From the IMG/VR virus record IMGVR_UViG_3300002461_000235, positions 1 to 58,169 of that record: a stretch of 58,169 nt of DNA. One strand, given 5' to 3'. The notes beneath the pieces were generated by a model, which saw only the letters and a list, made by a program, of their open reading frames with translations, did no database searches and was not told the origin of the DNA. This DNA comes from a virus. The translations under genes were made by a program, and so were the position numbers. Shown one piece after another: positions 7,458 to 17,335 of the stretch (the stretch's first letter is position 1; each line of letters begins with the position of its first letter).

Positions 7458-7862
7458 ATGCCTTTACCAGCTTTTGCTGATTTAGCTCAGCGATTTATTA
7501 GTAGCCGTCAATTACTTCCGGGTAGTTGGGCTAATGCTATTACAGATAGTCTGACTTCTTATCAGTCTGTTACTGCTACTCCTGCCGGTACTCAGGCTAC
7601 GTCACTTTTATTAAACGCAGCTAATGTAAGTATTGCTGTAGTCGCTACTGCTGCTGATGGTGTCAAACTTCCTCCTGCTAAAGCAGGCATGGAGATTAGT
7701 ATTGTCAACAATGATGCTGCTGACGCTGCTCAAATCTTTGCCAGTGGTTCTGATACTATTAATGCTACTGCTGGTAATGTTGGTGTTTCATTGGCCGCTG
7801 GTGCAGCGATCATCTTACGTTGCCTTAGAGATGGTAATTGGCGTAGGTTTGTATCTGCATAA
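7458..7862 (+). CDS. hypothetical beta-rich protein related to the C-terminus of 6801-7424; no signal peptide
   Basis: ORF-track ORF. Shares the pattern V.LP.A..G..I.I...L..G...C...W.R. Confidence 0.55.
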   Translation: MPLPAFADLAQRFISSRQLLPGSWANAITDSLTSYQSVTATPAGTQATSLLLNAANVSIAVVATAADGVKLPPAKAGMEISIVNNDAADAAQIFASGSDTINATAGNVGVSLAAGAAIILRCLRDGNWRRFVSA

Positions 7863-7876
7863 TTTCTCTGAAACTA

Positions 7877-7908
7877 GCCAGCTCCCAAAAGGGGCTGGCA
7901 CCTTTTTT
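7877..7908 (+). terminator. rho-independent terminator inside the TerS-TerL interval
   Basis: GCCAGCTCC / GGGGCTGGC stem, CAAAA loop, TTTTTT run. Confidence 0.75.
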
Positions 7909-7958
7909 AGTCCTTCTATTTTAAATTTTATTACTCACGATTGGGGCTTGGTCATAAG

Positions 7959-8333
7959 ATGAAAAAGATTTTAATTCTTTTAGCTCTGTTGCTTTTGCCT
8001 CAATTTGCTGAAGCTCAGACTACAGTAGTTACTAAGCCATTACAGTTAACAGCAGTAGATAATCAAAGCTCTACTATAGCTGTTACAAATACATTTCAGC
8101 AAGTTTTTGCGGCTTCCACTTCCATTTCTGGTAGAGTAGCTTGTACTATTCAAAATACAGGCACTAATCCTATGTATGTTTTCTTTGGTACTACGGCTGC
8201 TGCTACTATTGCTAAATCAGTTAAACTTATCTCAGGTCAAGCTGTTACTTGTGACTATAACAATACTGTTTTAAAGCTTGCTGTTCAAATCACTGGTACA
8301 GCTACGGAGGCTTATTATGCGTCACAGCAGTAA
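7959..8333 (+). CDS. secreted beta-rich protein (Sec signal peptide)
   Basis: N-terminus MKKILILLALLLLPQFAEA/Q. Confidence 0.6.
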   Translation: MKKILILLALLLLPQFAEAQTTVVTKPLQLTAVDNQSSTIAVTNTFQQVFAASTSISGRVACTIQNTGTNPMYVFFGTTAAATIAKSVKLISGQAVTCDYNNTVLKLAVQITGTATEAYYASQQ

Positions 8334-8982
8334 GATTTTAAGTTTAATTTTTAGCTTATTTGTCAGCTCAGCTAATGCTCAAGGTATAACGCCTAGCGGT
8401 GGAGGCTCTCCTACTGGAGTTGCAGGAGGTAGTCTTGGAGGAACTTATCCAAATCCTACCGTAACAACAAATGCTAATCTTACTGGTGATGTTACTTCAG
8501 TAGGAAATGCTACTACATATAACAATGTAGTGCCAGCAAATAAAGGTGGTGCCGCTGCTGGTAATTTACCAGCTACCGTTAGTGGTGCTATACCTTGTAC
8601 TACATGTGTTGGTTTTCAGGTAACTGCAAGCGTTGCTGTTGTTTCCATTATTACAGCAACTCCTACCAACTTAACTAGCATTACTCTTCCGGCTGGAAAT
8701 TGGTCAATTAGTGCAGGTTATTCTTGTTCTGGTACTGGAGCTACTACATTAACTGACATTTGGTTATCTATTAATACAGTTATTAATACTAATGTTAATA
8801 CTCGCGGTCAAGTTTCTCGTTATAGAGGAGCTACGCTAACTGATCCAGCTTGGTCACAGAGCATTGGTCCTTTATCTGTTTATAATTCTAGTTCACAGCA
8901 ATATTTCCTTAATGCTCAGGCTACTATAGGAGCATCAACTTTAACTTGTGATGGTATCATAACAGGTACTCGCATTAATTAA
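8317..8982 (+). CDS. secreted tail-fibre-like protein (Sec signal peptide)
   Basis: GGAGG RBS. N-terminus MRHSSKILSLIFSLFVSSANA/Q, followed by the fibre-type repeat GGSLGGTYPNPTV...LTGDVTSVGNATT. Confidence 0.6.
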   Translation: MRHSSKILSLIFSLFVSSANAQGITPSGGGSPTGVAGGSLGGTYPNPTVTTNANLTGDVTSVGNATTYNNVVPANKGGAAAGNLPATVSGAIPCTTCVGFQVTASVAVVSIITATPTNLTSITLPAGNWSISAGYSCSGTGATTLTDIWLSINTVINTNVNTRGQVSRYRGATLTDPAWSQSIGPLSVYNSSSQQYFLNAQATIGASTLTCDGIITGTRIN

Positions 8983-8983
8983 A

Positions 8984-10441
8984 ATGGAATTAGAATTTAA
9001 CGAAAAGCTCGCATTTCTATTCAAACCAGCTCGATTAAAGATTGCTTATGGTGGTCGTGGTGCTGGCAAGTCTGACGGATATGCAATTGCATTAATCATC
9101 TTTGCTATGAAGATGAAACTACGTATTCTTTGTTTGCGTGAAATCCAAAATTCTCTGGAAGAGAGCGTTAAGAGTACAATTGAAGGATATATAGAGCAAT
9201 ATGAATTAGGTTGGGCTTTTGATATTAAAGATAAGTCCATTACTTGTACTCTTACTGGCACTCGTTTTATTTTTTCAGGACTTCGCTATAAAATCAATTC
9301 TATTAAATCATTAGCTAAGATTGATATAGCTTGGATTGATGAAGCAAACAATACTTCTAAAAATTCTCTTGATAAGCTCATGCCCACAATTCGTGGTAAG
9401 CATGAAAGCTCTAAGGAAGGAATGGGAGGGCCATTTAAATTAGGTCCTGAAGTTTGGATTAGCTTTAATCCTGAATTAGATGATGATGAAGTTTATGATA
9501 GGTATGTCATTAAGCAGAATATGTATGCTCCTGACTTCACTGAAGAAGTGCCAGTAGAGCAGCAGACTTGGTTTAGGGCCGTTGAAGAAAAATTAAAAAA
9601 TAGTGAGATTGTTTTACCTGAAGCAGATCAAGCTAAGTTTGATGAATTAGAGCGAAAACGTTACGCCTATGTAGTTAAAGTAAACTGGTATGATAACAAG
9701 TGGTTCCCCCCTGATCTTAGAAGGGAAATGACACTTTTAAAAACCCACAATGAAAACAAATATCTTGAAGTGTGGGAAGGCTTTACTAAGCAAACATTAG
9801 ATGGAGCTATTTACGCTGATGAATTAAGACAGACGTTGCTAGACGGTCGCAGGAAGAAGATTCCTTATGACCCTACCAAGCCTGTCTATACATTTTGGGA
9901 TTTAGGTCATTCCGATATGACTGCCATCTGGTTTATCCAGAGAGTAGGAATGGAATACAATGTTATAAATTACTATCAGAATAGACTTAAGAAGCTCCCG
10001 CATTATTTAGCTCATATGCAGAGCTTAGGTTATAACTATGGTACAGTCTATCAGCCTCATGATGCTGACAATGAAACATTAGCGTCTAGGTCTATTGCTA
10101 ATCTTACCAGAGCTGCTGGTTATAAAGTTATAGTTGTCAATAGACCTGCTAAGAAAGCAGTTGGCATCAACGCAGCTCGGACTATTTTTGAACTTTGTAA
10201 TTTTGATGAAGAAAACACTAAAGACGGCTGGCAATGTCTTTCCCGTTATGCCTATAAAGTAAACGAGGAGACAGGTAATTTTAGTAAAGAGCCTGATCAC
10301 GATACGCCTTGGTCGCACGGTGCAGACGGTTGGCAGACTTTCGCTTTATCGTTAAAGACTGAGGATGATACTAAGAAGCCTAAGAAGAAAGTAGTTTTGC
10401 CTTTATCGCAGCAACCTAGGGCTTGGATGGGGAATGTTTAG
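8984..10441 (+). CDS. terL: terminase large subunit (PBSX/Terminase_3-like)
   Basis: Walker A YGGRGAGKS near the N-terminus, 485 aa, located just before the portal. Confidence 0.85.
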   Translation: MELEFNEKLAFLFKPARLKIAYGGRGAGKSDGYAIALIIFAMKMKLRILCLREIQNSLEESVKSTIEGYIEQYELGWAFDIKDKSITCTLTGTRFIFSGLRYKINSIKSLAKIDIAWIDEANNTSKNSLDKLMPTIRGKHESSKEGMGGPFKLGPEVWISFNPELDDDEVYDRYVIKQNMYAPDFTEEVPVEQQTWFRAVEEKLKNSEIVLPEADQAKFDELERKRYAYVVKVNWYDNKWFPPDLRREMTLLKTHNENKYLEVWEGFTKQTLDGAIYADELRQTLLDGRRKKIPYDPTKPVYTFWDLGHSDMTAIWFIQRVGMEYNVINYYQNRLKKLPHYLAHMQSLGYNYGTVYQPHDADNETLASRSIANLTRAAGYKVIVVNRPAKKAVGINAARTIFELCNFDEENTKDGWQCLSRYAYKVNEETGNFSKEPDHDTPWSHGADGWQTFALSLKTEDDTKKPKKKVVLPLSQQPRAWMGNV

Positions 10442-10443
10442 TG

Positions 10444-10602
10444 ATGGATGCTTGGAAGTTAAATTATAAATCAATGTCGGCTGATCAAATATCCGTTGAG
10501 TATCAGAGATTGATTTGTATAAAAGGCCCTAAGAAAACTGCTGATTTTAGCGATAGACTTAAATTTTTAAAAGATGAATATTTACTTAAGGCTTTAAAAT
10601 AA
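10444..10602 (+). CDS. possible 52-aa protein
   Basis: Own translation MDAWKLNYKSMSADQISVEYQR...; TAATG overlap with the portal start. Confidence 0.4.
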   Translation: MDAWKLNYKSMSADQISVEYQRLICIKGPKKTADFSDRLKFLKDEYLLKALK

Positions 10603-12971
10603 TGGCTTGGTCTACATCATTTACTCCTAAGTCCGCTGCTTCACAAATTAGCGATGAAGAAAATGAAATTCTTTTAGAAGCTAAGAAGCGTTTTAAGGCT
10701 TGTGAAGCATGGGAAAGCCAAGCTAGGACTTGGTTTAATTACGATTATAAATTTGCTAATGCTGATAGCAATAATATGTATCAGTGGGATAGTTGGGTAG
10801 TTGGCGACAGGCAGACTGCCGGTAGACCATGCTTAACTATCAACAAAACTCAACAGCATAATCTGCAAATTATTAATGATGGAAAACAAAATAAACCGGG
10901 AGTAACAATTAGGCCAGTAGGCGATGAAGCCAGCTTTGAGGCTGCTCAAGTATTTCAGGAAGTAGTTAGGCATATTGAATATATTTCAAGTGCTGAAAAT
11001 GTTTATGACAATGCCGCTACTTTCCAAGTTAATGCAGGATGGGGATACTGGAGAGTTACTGTAGAAAAAATTAATGGCACATTCGACAAAGAACTTTTTA
11101 TTAGGCGCATTAAAGACCCTCGTAATGTCTATCTTGATTTTAATATCAACGAGGTTGACGGTTCTGATGCTTGGTATGGTTTTGTTTTCGATGATATGCC
11201 GAAAGATTTATATGAAGCGAAGCATCCTAAATTTAAAGATGTTGGTAATGTAGCGTTTAGCTCTAATGATTTTCCCGGTTGGCTACAGGGAGAGACTGTT
11301 AGAGTTGCTGAGTATTTTAGGAAGTCTCAAAAGGATGATAAGTTAGTTTATTTTATCTTGCCTGAAACTCAAGAAGAAATAGGTCCTATTAAATGGAGTA
11401 AGTTACCTAAAGAAGGAAAAGAAGCTTTTAATGAGATTAAAGCTAGGGAAGATAACCTTCCTGATGAAGAGAAAACTTATCGTGAGCAAGAAGAATTAAG
11501 CGAAGAGATTTGGTGTTATAAAATTGCTGGCAATCGCATTATTGATAAGAAGCAATGGTTAGGCAAATATATTCCTATTGTACGTCTACCCGGTACTGAA
11601 ACTGTCATTGATGGTGTTTGGGATTGCAAAGGCCATACTAGAGCCTTGCTTGATCCTCAGAGAATTTATAATATTAATTCATCTGCAAATGTGGAATTTG
11701 GAGCATTACAGTCTAAGTCTCCTTTAACTGCTTCTCCTGCTGCCATTGAAGGGCATGAGGAGCTGTATGCTAGAGCTAATATCGATAATGCTTCTGTCAT
11801 GCTCTATAATGAATATGATGAAGAAGGAAGGAAGCTCAGCCCTCCTCAAAGAATGACCGCTCCTCAGGCTTCTCCTGCTTATGTACAACAGATGCAGATT
11901 GCACAAAATGAAATGATGATGGTATCTGGACAGTATCAGGCACAAATGGGAGAGAATGAAAATGCTAAGTCTGGTGTTGCTATCAATGCTAGACAGCGCC
12001 AAGGAGATAGGGCCACTTATCATTTTATTGATAATCAGGCCATTGCCATTCGTTTCACAGGAAAAATCTTAATTGATCTAATTCCTAAAATTTATGATAC
12101 TAAGAGAGTGCTTAGGATTGAAGCAAAAGATAACAGTATTATGAATGTTACTATTGATCCAAAAGCAGAGAAACCTTATGAGAAAAAAGAAGCTGAAGGG
12201 GTTCCTCATGCTGACAACCATCAGCAAATTGTAGATGTTATTTTTAATCCTAGTGTGGGCATCTATGACGTTCAAGCTGATACTGGACCTAGCTTTGCTA
12301 CTCGCAGGCAGGAAGCCTTTAATGCCTTAACTCAGATTGCAGCTCAGAATAAGGAGTTTATGGGTATTGCTGGTGATATCCTTTGGAAGGTTGCTGATTT
12401 TCCTGAAGCTCAGGTATTGGCTCAGCGCTGGAGGAAAATCATTCCCAAGAATATTACAGGGGATGCTATGGACCCTGCGATTGAGGAGACAATGAACCAA
12501 GCTGCTCAGCAGATTGAAGCTCAGCTTGCTCAAATCACTAAATTAACTCAAGATTTAGAAGATAAGAATAGAGAAATTTACGTTAAGGAAAGCAAAGCTG
12601 AGCTTGATTGGACTAGGGCTGCTGTTCAAGAAATGCGAGAAGATTTTAAAGCTATGACTGATAGATTAACGGCTGTTGGTAATGCAGGACCGGGAATTTC
12701 GGTGGAGCAGTTAGGGCCTATCATCAAGCAAACCTTGCTGGAGATTTTAGAGGCTGGAGGACCGGGAGCGGACATGCCTGAGGAGGTTTTGCTTGCTCCC
12801 GGCATGAATGAGGCTGGCACTCCTCAGGGCCTTCCTGAAGGCGCTCAGGCTGAAGTGGACGCTATTCCAGAAATCCCCGGTTCTCGTCAAGCCGCCGATG
12901 GCAAAATCTATGTGCAGAATGAAAAAGGCTGGAATGAAGTGATAAAGCCTGAGGCTCAGCCTAATGCCTAA
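10602..12971 (+). CDS. portal protein
   Basis: 789 aa, immediately downstream of TerL, with an acidic coiled C-terminal region. Confidence 0.75.
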   Translation: MAWSTSFTPKSAASQISDEENEILLEAKKRFKACEAWESQARTWFNYDYKFANADSNNMYQWDSWVVGDRQTAGRPCLTINKTQQHNLQIINDGKQNKPGVTIRPVGDEASFEAAQVFQEVVRHIEYISSAENVYDNAATFQVNAGWGYWRVTVEKINGTFDKELFIRRIKDPRNVYLDFNINEVDGSDAWYGFVFDDMPKDLYEAKHPKFKDVGNVAFSSNDFPGWLQGETVRVAEYFRKSQKDDKLVYFILPETQEEIGPIKWSKLPKEGKEAFNEIKAREDNLPDEEKTYREQEELSEEIWCYKIAGNRIIDKKQWLGKYIPIVRLPGTETVIDGVWDCKGHTRALLDPQRIYNINSSANVEFGALQSKSPLTASPAAIEGHEELYARANIDNASVMLYNEYDEEGRKLSPPQRMTAPQASPAYVQQMQIAQNEMMMVSGQYQAQMGENENAKSGVAINARQRQGDRATYHFIDNQAIAIRFTGKILIDLIPKIYDTKRVLRIEAKDNSIMNVTIDPKAEKPYEKKEAEGVPHADNHQQIVDVIFNPSVGIYDVQADTGPSFATRRQEAFNALTQIAAQNKEFMGIAGDILWKVADFPEAQVLAQRWRKIIPKNITGDAMDPAIEETMNQAAQQIEAQLAQITKLTQDLEDKNREIYVKESKAELDWTRAAVQEMREDFKAMTDRLTAVGNAGPGISVEQLGPIIKQTLLEILEAGGPGADMPEEVLLAPGMNEAGTPQGLPEGAQAEVDAIPEIPGSRQAADGKIYVQNEKGWNEVIKPEAQPNA

Positions 12972-15900
12972 TCTATATCAAATGACTGATGCCTATGAGG
13001 AGCCTGTATCAGCAGCTTTGCCGGTAGAGCAGCCTTATCTAGGTGTTCCTGCTGATGCTGATGGTATTAGGCGAGTATATATTAATAAGCCAGATGAAAT
13101 AGTACAGCCTAAGCCAAATGAAATCATTACTGCTAATCGTCCTGAACCTAGGCCAGAGCCGGGAATATTTGATAATTTAGGTATGGCTGGAGTACAGGAT
13201 AAGTCCGGTAAATCAGAAAGTGAACTTTTAAAGAAACTGTTTGGTTTAGGTGGTAAAGAAAGACATCAGCTTTGGCCTGAGAAAATTGTTAGAGAAGGCT
13301 TAAAAGCCGCTGGCGAAGTCATGTCAACTGATACTTTATCGCAATTGGGCTTGCGCAGAGAGGATTTAACTGATATACCTGCCCCTTCAGGCCCAACTAA
13401 GGATAGCACTTGGCTAGGTAAAATCCTAGGTGCTGCTCCTGTTGCGGCGCAACCGGGAGATGATTTGATAGAAAAAGCTCAGGCCATATCAGCATTAGCG
13501 GGTAGTGGCGGTATTGCTGGAACTGGCGCTGAGGCTGGAGTAGCTTTGGGAGCCGGGCCTTCTTTGCGTCCTGCTTTAAAATATAAAGAGAAGCTGTATA
13601 AAGGTAAAGAAGGCCAGCAGCATATGGATGTGATTCCTAATGAATTATACCCTGAGTTTCAAAAAATGGCTATGTCTGGTGAAGATATTAGTCATTACAA
13701 CTTTGGCTTTGTTAATGATAAAGGTCAATTCTTAACTAGAGATAAAGCATTAGAGTATGCTATTAATACTGGCTTGATTGATCCTCAAGCTGGCAAATAT
13801 GGAGCTTTGACTAGTACTCTTATGGCTGATAGTTCTAAGCCGGGTACGGCTATTGAGGCTATGGCGCAAGCTGGAAAAGCCAATTTAGATAACGCTTGGT
13901 GGCATGGCTCAGCTAGTGGAGATTTGCGCGGTGGTTCAAGCGGCTTGCATTTGGGAACTAAGAAAGCAGCTACTCAAGCATTAGAAGCAAGGATAGGTAT
14001 CCCTGCTGACGGTAAAGGGTGGACCGGAAATAGAGAATATGGAAAAACTCTATTGGCTGGACAAGATACTTTAAAGAAAATGGACCCTAAAGGTTATAAT
14101 TTAACGGGTCATAATGTAAACGTACCAAAAGAAGATTATTATCCTACTGAAATTAAAAAATATCCAGACGGCACAGAAATGCCGATGACAGTTAAACCGG
14201 AAGTAGCTCCTTATAAATTAAAAGGTAGCATGACGAATACTACCAATAATCCTTATGACGATTTTAAAGCTAATGGTTATATGAGAGGACAATTAAAAAG
14301 AGGGATTGCTAAAAACGGCTACTATTACAAAAATGTAGGAGAAGATAGCGGCTCTATATCAATGACTGTCCCTAATGGCAATCACATTGAAAAAATTTTG
14401 CTAGCTGACAGCTCAAAAGAAGGAGCAGCTTTGCAGTCTAATAAGCCTACCTTCTATTCAGCAGTAGAGCATAATCTATCAGCTATCCCACAATCTAAAA
14501 TGACTGGTGATCAGTGGCTAGGCACTCTGGCAAATAAGCCGGGAGTAAAGGGAGAAGAATTAGACTGGACAGGGTTGAAGGGCTTCCTTGAGGAGAATAA
14601 AGGTAAACCTGTTACTAAGGCTCAGATTGAGGAGCATTTGGCTAATAATAAGGTGGAGTTGAAGGAGGTTACAAAAGATAAAACTTTTAAAAGTGAGCCT
14701 GAGTTTGGAGAGCCTAAAATAAATGGTGAAACTAAATATCATTCCTACCAGCTTCCCGGTGGTGAAAACTATAGGGAAATGCTGTTGACGTTGCCTAATA
14801 AGCCTTTACCTGTAGATCAATTTGCTAAACAATTATATGACCAGTGGGGCAAAAAAGGTGGCGGTACAGAATGGGAAAAATTAAGTGCTGCTGAGAGGCA
14901 GCCTTATTTAGATAATGCTCAAAAGAACGGTTATCTAAATACTGGTGAAAATAATTACAAATCCTCTCATTGGGATGAGCCAAACATTCTAGCTCATGTT
15001 AGAATGAATGATAGGAATATTGACGGTAAGAAGTCTCTGCATCTGGAGGAGATACAGAGTGACTGGCATCAGCAGGGGAGGGATAAGGGATATCGTCCTG
15101 AGCAAGAAAAGCAAATGGCTAATCTTGTAAAACAACGCGATGAATTGCAAAAGGAAGCTTCAACATTAGCTCCTAGCGATGCTCGCTATAAGGAAATTTA
15201 TAAAGAGTTGCCTACAATTCAAACTAAAATTAATGAAATTGGTTCTGGTGGAGTTGGCGTTCCAGACGCACCATTTAAAAAATCATGGCATGAGCTAGCT
15301 TTAAAGCGTATGCTTAGGGAAGCGGCTGAGAAGGGTTATGATAGATTAAGCTGGACGCCCGGTGAAGCTCAGGCTGCTAGGTATGATTTGAGTAAGAGTG
15401 TGGATAAGATTGCTGTTCCCATGGTCAATCCTAATGGCACTCGCTCAGTTAGGATTGATGCTAAGAATGATACTCCATTCAAACTCATGATTAATAAGGA
15501 TGGTAAAGTAGACGGAATGGGATCAGCCAACCAATTTAGCGGAAAACCTCTTAGTGATGTTGTGGGCAAGGAGATGGCTGAAAAAATTATGAAGCTTGAG
15601 AAGCCTCATGAGTTTTCAGGAGAAGGTTTAAAAATTGGCGGTGAAGGCATGAAAGGCTTCTATGACCAAATCATTCCTAAGGCGTTAGAGAAGCTTGGTA
15701 AGGAGCATGGAGTTAAGGTAAAAGTTGCTAATTTAAAAGCAGCTCCTAAATACGAAACTAAAAATCCTTTACTTAATAAAAAAGGTAAGGAAATAGTTAG
15801 CGTTTATAAAGATGGTACATTTATGGCCGATATGGAGAAGTCTGAAGCAGCTCATTACATTAAAACTAAATCGGTTTCTGATAAACCTGAAATAGCTTTC

Positions 15901-16020
15901 TACATTGACATTCCACAATCTTTAAAAGATACAGCCATGCATAAAGGCTTTCCGCTTTTCTCAAATGGCTACATGCTGGTGCCAGTGCAAGGCAATCCGT
16001 TTCAACAGGACCAAAAATGA
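12964..16020 (+). CDS. large (1018 aa) virion-associated multidomain protein, possibly polyvalent or injected type
   Basis: Translationally coupled to the portal (8-nt overlap). No domain firmly recognised; notable motifs are WWHGSASGDLRG and LHLEEIQSDWHQQG. Confidence 0.55.
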   Translation: MPNLYQMTDAYEEPVSAALPVEQPYLGVPADADGIRRVYINKPDEIVQPKPNEIITANRPEPRPEPGIFDNLGMAGVQDKSGKSESELLKKLFGLGGKERHQLWPEKIVREGLKAAGEVMSTDTLSQLGLRREDLTDIPAPSGPTKDSTWLGKILGAAPVAAQPGDDLIEKAQAISALAGSGGIAGTGAEAGVALGAGPSLRPALKYKEKLYKGKEGQQHMDVIPNELYPEFQKMAMSGEDISHYNFGFVNDKGQFLTRDKALEYAINTGLIDPQAGKYGALTSTLMADSSKPGTAIEAMAQAGKANLDNAWWHGSASGDLRGGSSGLHLGTKKAATQALEARIGIPADGKGWTGNREYGKTLLAGQDTLKKMDPKGYNLTGHNVNVPKEDYYPTEIKKYPDGTEMPMTVKPEVAPYKLKGSMTNTTNNPYDDFKANGYMRGQLKRGIAKNGYYYKNVGEDSGSISMTVPNGNHIEKILLADSSKEGAALQSNKPTFYSAVEHNLSAIPQSKMTGDQWLGTLANKPGVKGEELDWTGLKGFLEENKGKPVTKAQIEEHLANNKVELKEVTKDKTFKSEPEFGEPKINGETKYHSYQLPGGENYREMLLTLPNKPLPVDQFAKQLYDQWGKKGGGTEWEKLSAAERQPYLDNAQKNGYLNTGENNYKSSHWDEPNILAHVRMNDRNIDGKKSLHLEEIQSDWHQQGRDKGYRPEQEKQMANLVKQRDELQKEASTLAPSDARYKEIYKELPTIQTKINEIGSGGVGVPDAPFKKSWHELALKRMLREAAEKGYDRLSWTPGEAQAARYDLSKSVDKIAVPMVNPNGTRSVRIDAKNDTPFKLMINKDGKVDGMGSANQFSGKPLSDVVGKEMAEKIMKLEKPHEFSGEGLKIGGEGMKGFYDQIIPKALEKLGKEHGVKVKVANLKAAPKYETKNPLLNKKGKEIVSVYKDGTFMADMEKSEAAHYIKTKSVSDKPEIAFYIDIPQSLKDTAMHKGFPLFSNGYMLVPVQGNPFQQDQK

Positions 16021-16451
16021 AAGTAATTGATCCGTCTACAGTAATTGTAGAAAAGACTGCTGGTGAATTTGCTGGTGTCTTTTATGATGCAGCTCGCTCC
16101 AGTGGTATGAAAGTAATTCAGCTACAGGGCAAAACTATTAATTTGCTTCGCTACAAGTCTCCTCGCGATTTTGCTAGGCGTCATATTGAAGCGTTCATTC
16201 CTGCTGCTGTTAAAGCTCTTAACGATATCATGTGCAATCCTAAAACTCCTGAGGATCAGCGACAATTAATTTATAATGCGTTGATGGAGCGCGTAAATGA
16301 TCCTCAGTTAGATATGATGGCTAAAACTGCTGGAGATTTGCCGGAATTTGAACAGACTGTTTTATACAAAGATGATACTGAAAAACCCAAACCAATTATT
16401 TTAAATACTCCAAAGATTGATTTCAACTTTGATAGCAAGAGAGTTACATGA
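16017..16451 (+). CDS. hypothetical head-module protein
   Basis: ORF-track ORF, 4-nt overlap. Confidence 0.6.
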   Translation: MKVIDPSTVIVEKTAGEFAGVFYDAARSSGMKVIQLQGKTINLLRYKSPRDFARRHIEAFIPAAVKALNDIMCNPKTPEDQRQLIYNALMERVNDPQLDMMAKTAGDLPEFEQTVLYKDDTEKPKPIILNTPKIDFNFDSKRVT

Positions 16452-16687
16452 ACGCATATTCTATTATGTATCCTTGGGCTGTGATGATACTAGCTGTTTT
16501 AGCTGCTATTATTTGTGTTATTGGTGGAAGCATTACAGCTTACTTAATTTGTTTAATGCCAGTAAAAGAGCAAACTGGAGACAGTAGAGTTGGCAACATA
16601 TTTTTTGGATTTTTTGTATTTGTTATATCGTGTTTAGGTTCCCAACTTTGTTTATATATTGGTGGTAAAGCAATAGGAGCATTTTAA
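16448..16687 (+). CDS. small membrane protein with two predicted TM helices
   Basis: Two hydrophobic stretches (WAVMILAVLAAIICVIGGSITAYLICL and IFFGFFVFVISCLGSQLCLYIGG). Confidence 0.55.
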   Translation: MNAYSIMYPWAVMILAVLAAIICVIGGSITAYLICLMPVKEQTGDSRVGNIFFGFFVFVISCLGSQLCLYIGGKAIGAF

Positions 16688-16894
16688 ATGGCTAAGAAAA
16701 AAATCAAATCTCGTATGCCGGTTGAAAGTTGTACGGCTCCTGCTATGGACAGACAGCGCGAAAGGCAGTATCAGATTGAGGACGCTGCTAGAGCGCTTCA
16801 ACGCGCTGGAGAAATTGCTGCTGACCCTAAACTTTTAAAGGAAGCAAAGGCTTTTGCTAAGAAGCAAGTTTCTCAGATTGATCGTATCAAATGA
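16688..16894 (+). CDS. hypothetical head-module protein
   Basis: ORF-track ORF. Confidence 0.55.
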   Translation: MAKKKIKSRMPVESCTAPAMDRQRERQYQIEDAARALQRAGEIAADPKLLKEAKAFAKKQVSQIDRIK

Positions 16895-17136
16895 GTGAAG
16901 ATATCGACATTGAAGTATATCAAGATCAGCCTATAGCCTCCTATTCACTATGGGATTTGGGTATGGTTTATAAGTCTTTGGTTGAAGCTGAGAAGAGACG
17001 AGAGATTGCGAGTAGACATCATAAATTTGACAAAAAGAATAACAAGAAAGCTATGGACTTCCCTCCTCCTAATCCAAATTTTTTAAAATTAAAGAATGCT
17101 ATAGAATTAGAAATTAGAAAGAAACAAAATGGCTAA
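16891..17136 (+). CDS. hypothetical head-module protein
   Basis: ORF-track ORF, 4-nt overlap. Confidence 0.55.
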   Translation: MSEDIDIEVYQDQPIASYSLWDLGMVYKSLVEAEKRREIASRHHKFDKKNNKKAMDFPPPNPNFLKLKNAIELEIRKKQNG

Positions 17137-17335
17137 ATATAAAGATATGAATAATCATCCTGCTCCAGCTAATATAGACGATTTTGTAGCTGCCGGTTAC
17201 GTTGATGGTGAATTTACATTAGCTGTAGGTCCAATTAGAATTAACTTATCTAAAGAAGAAAAAGAAAGAACTTTAGATACTTGGGATAAGTTAGAAGCTG
17301 GAATTGATCCTTCTAAGGAAATTGAAAATGCTTAA
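17129..17335 (+). CDS. hypothetical head-module protein
   Basis: ORF-track ORF. Confidence 0.55.
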   Translation: MAKYKDMNNHPAPANIDDFVAAGYVDGEFTLAVGPIRINLSKEEKERTLDTWDKLEAGIDPSKEIENA

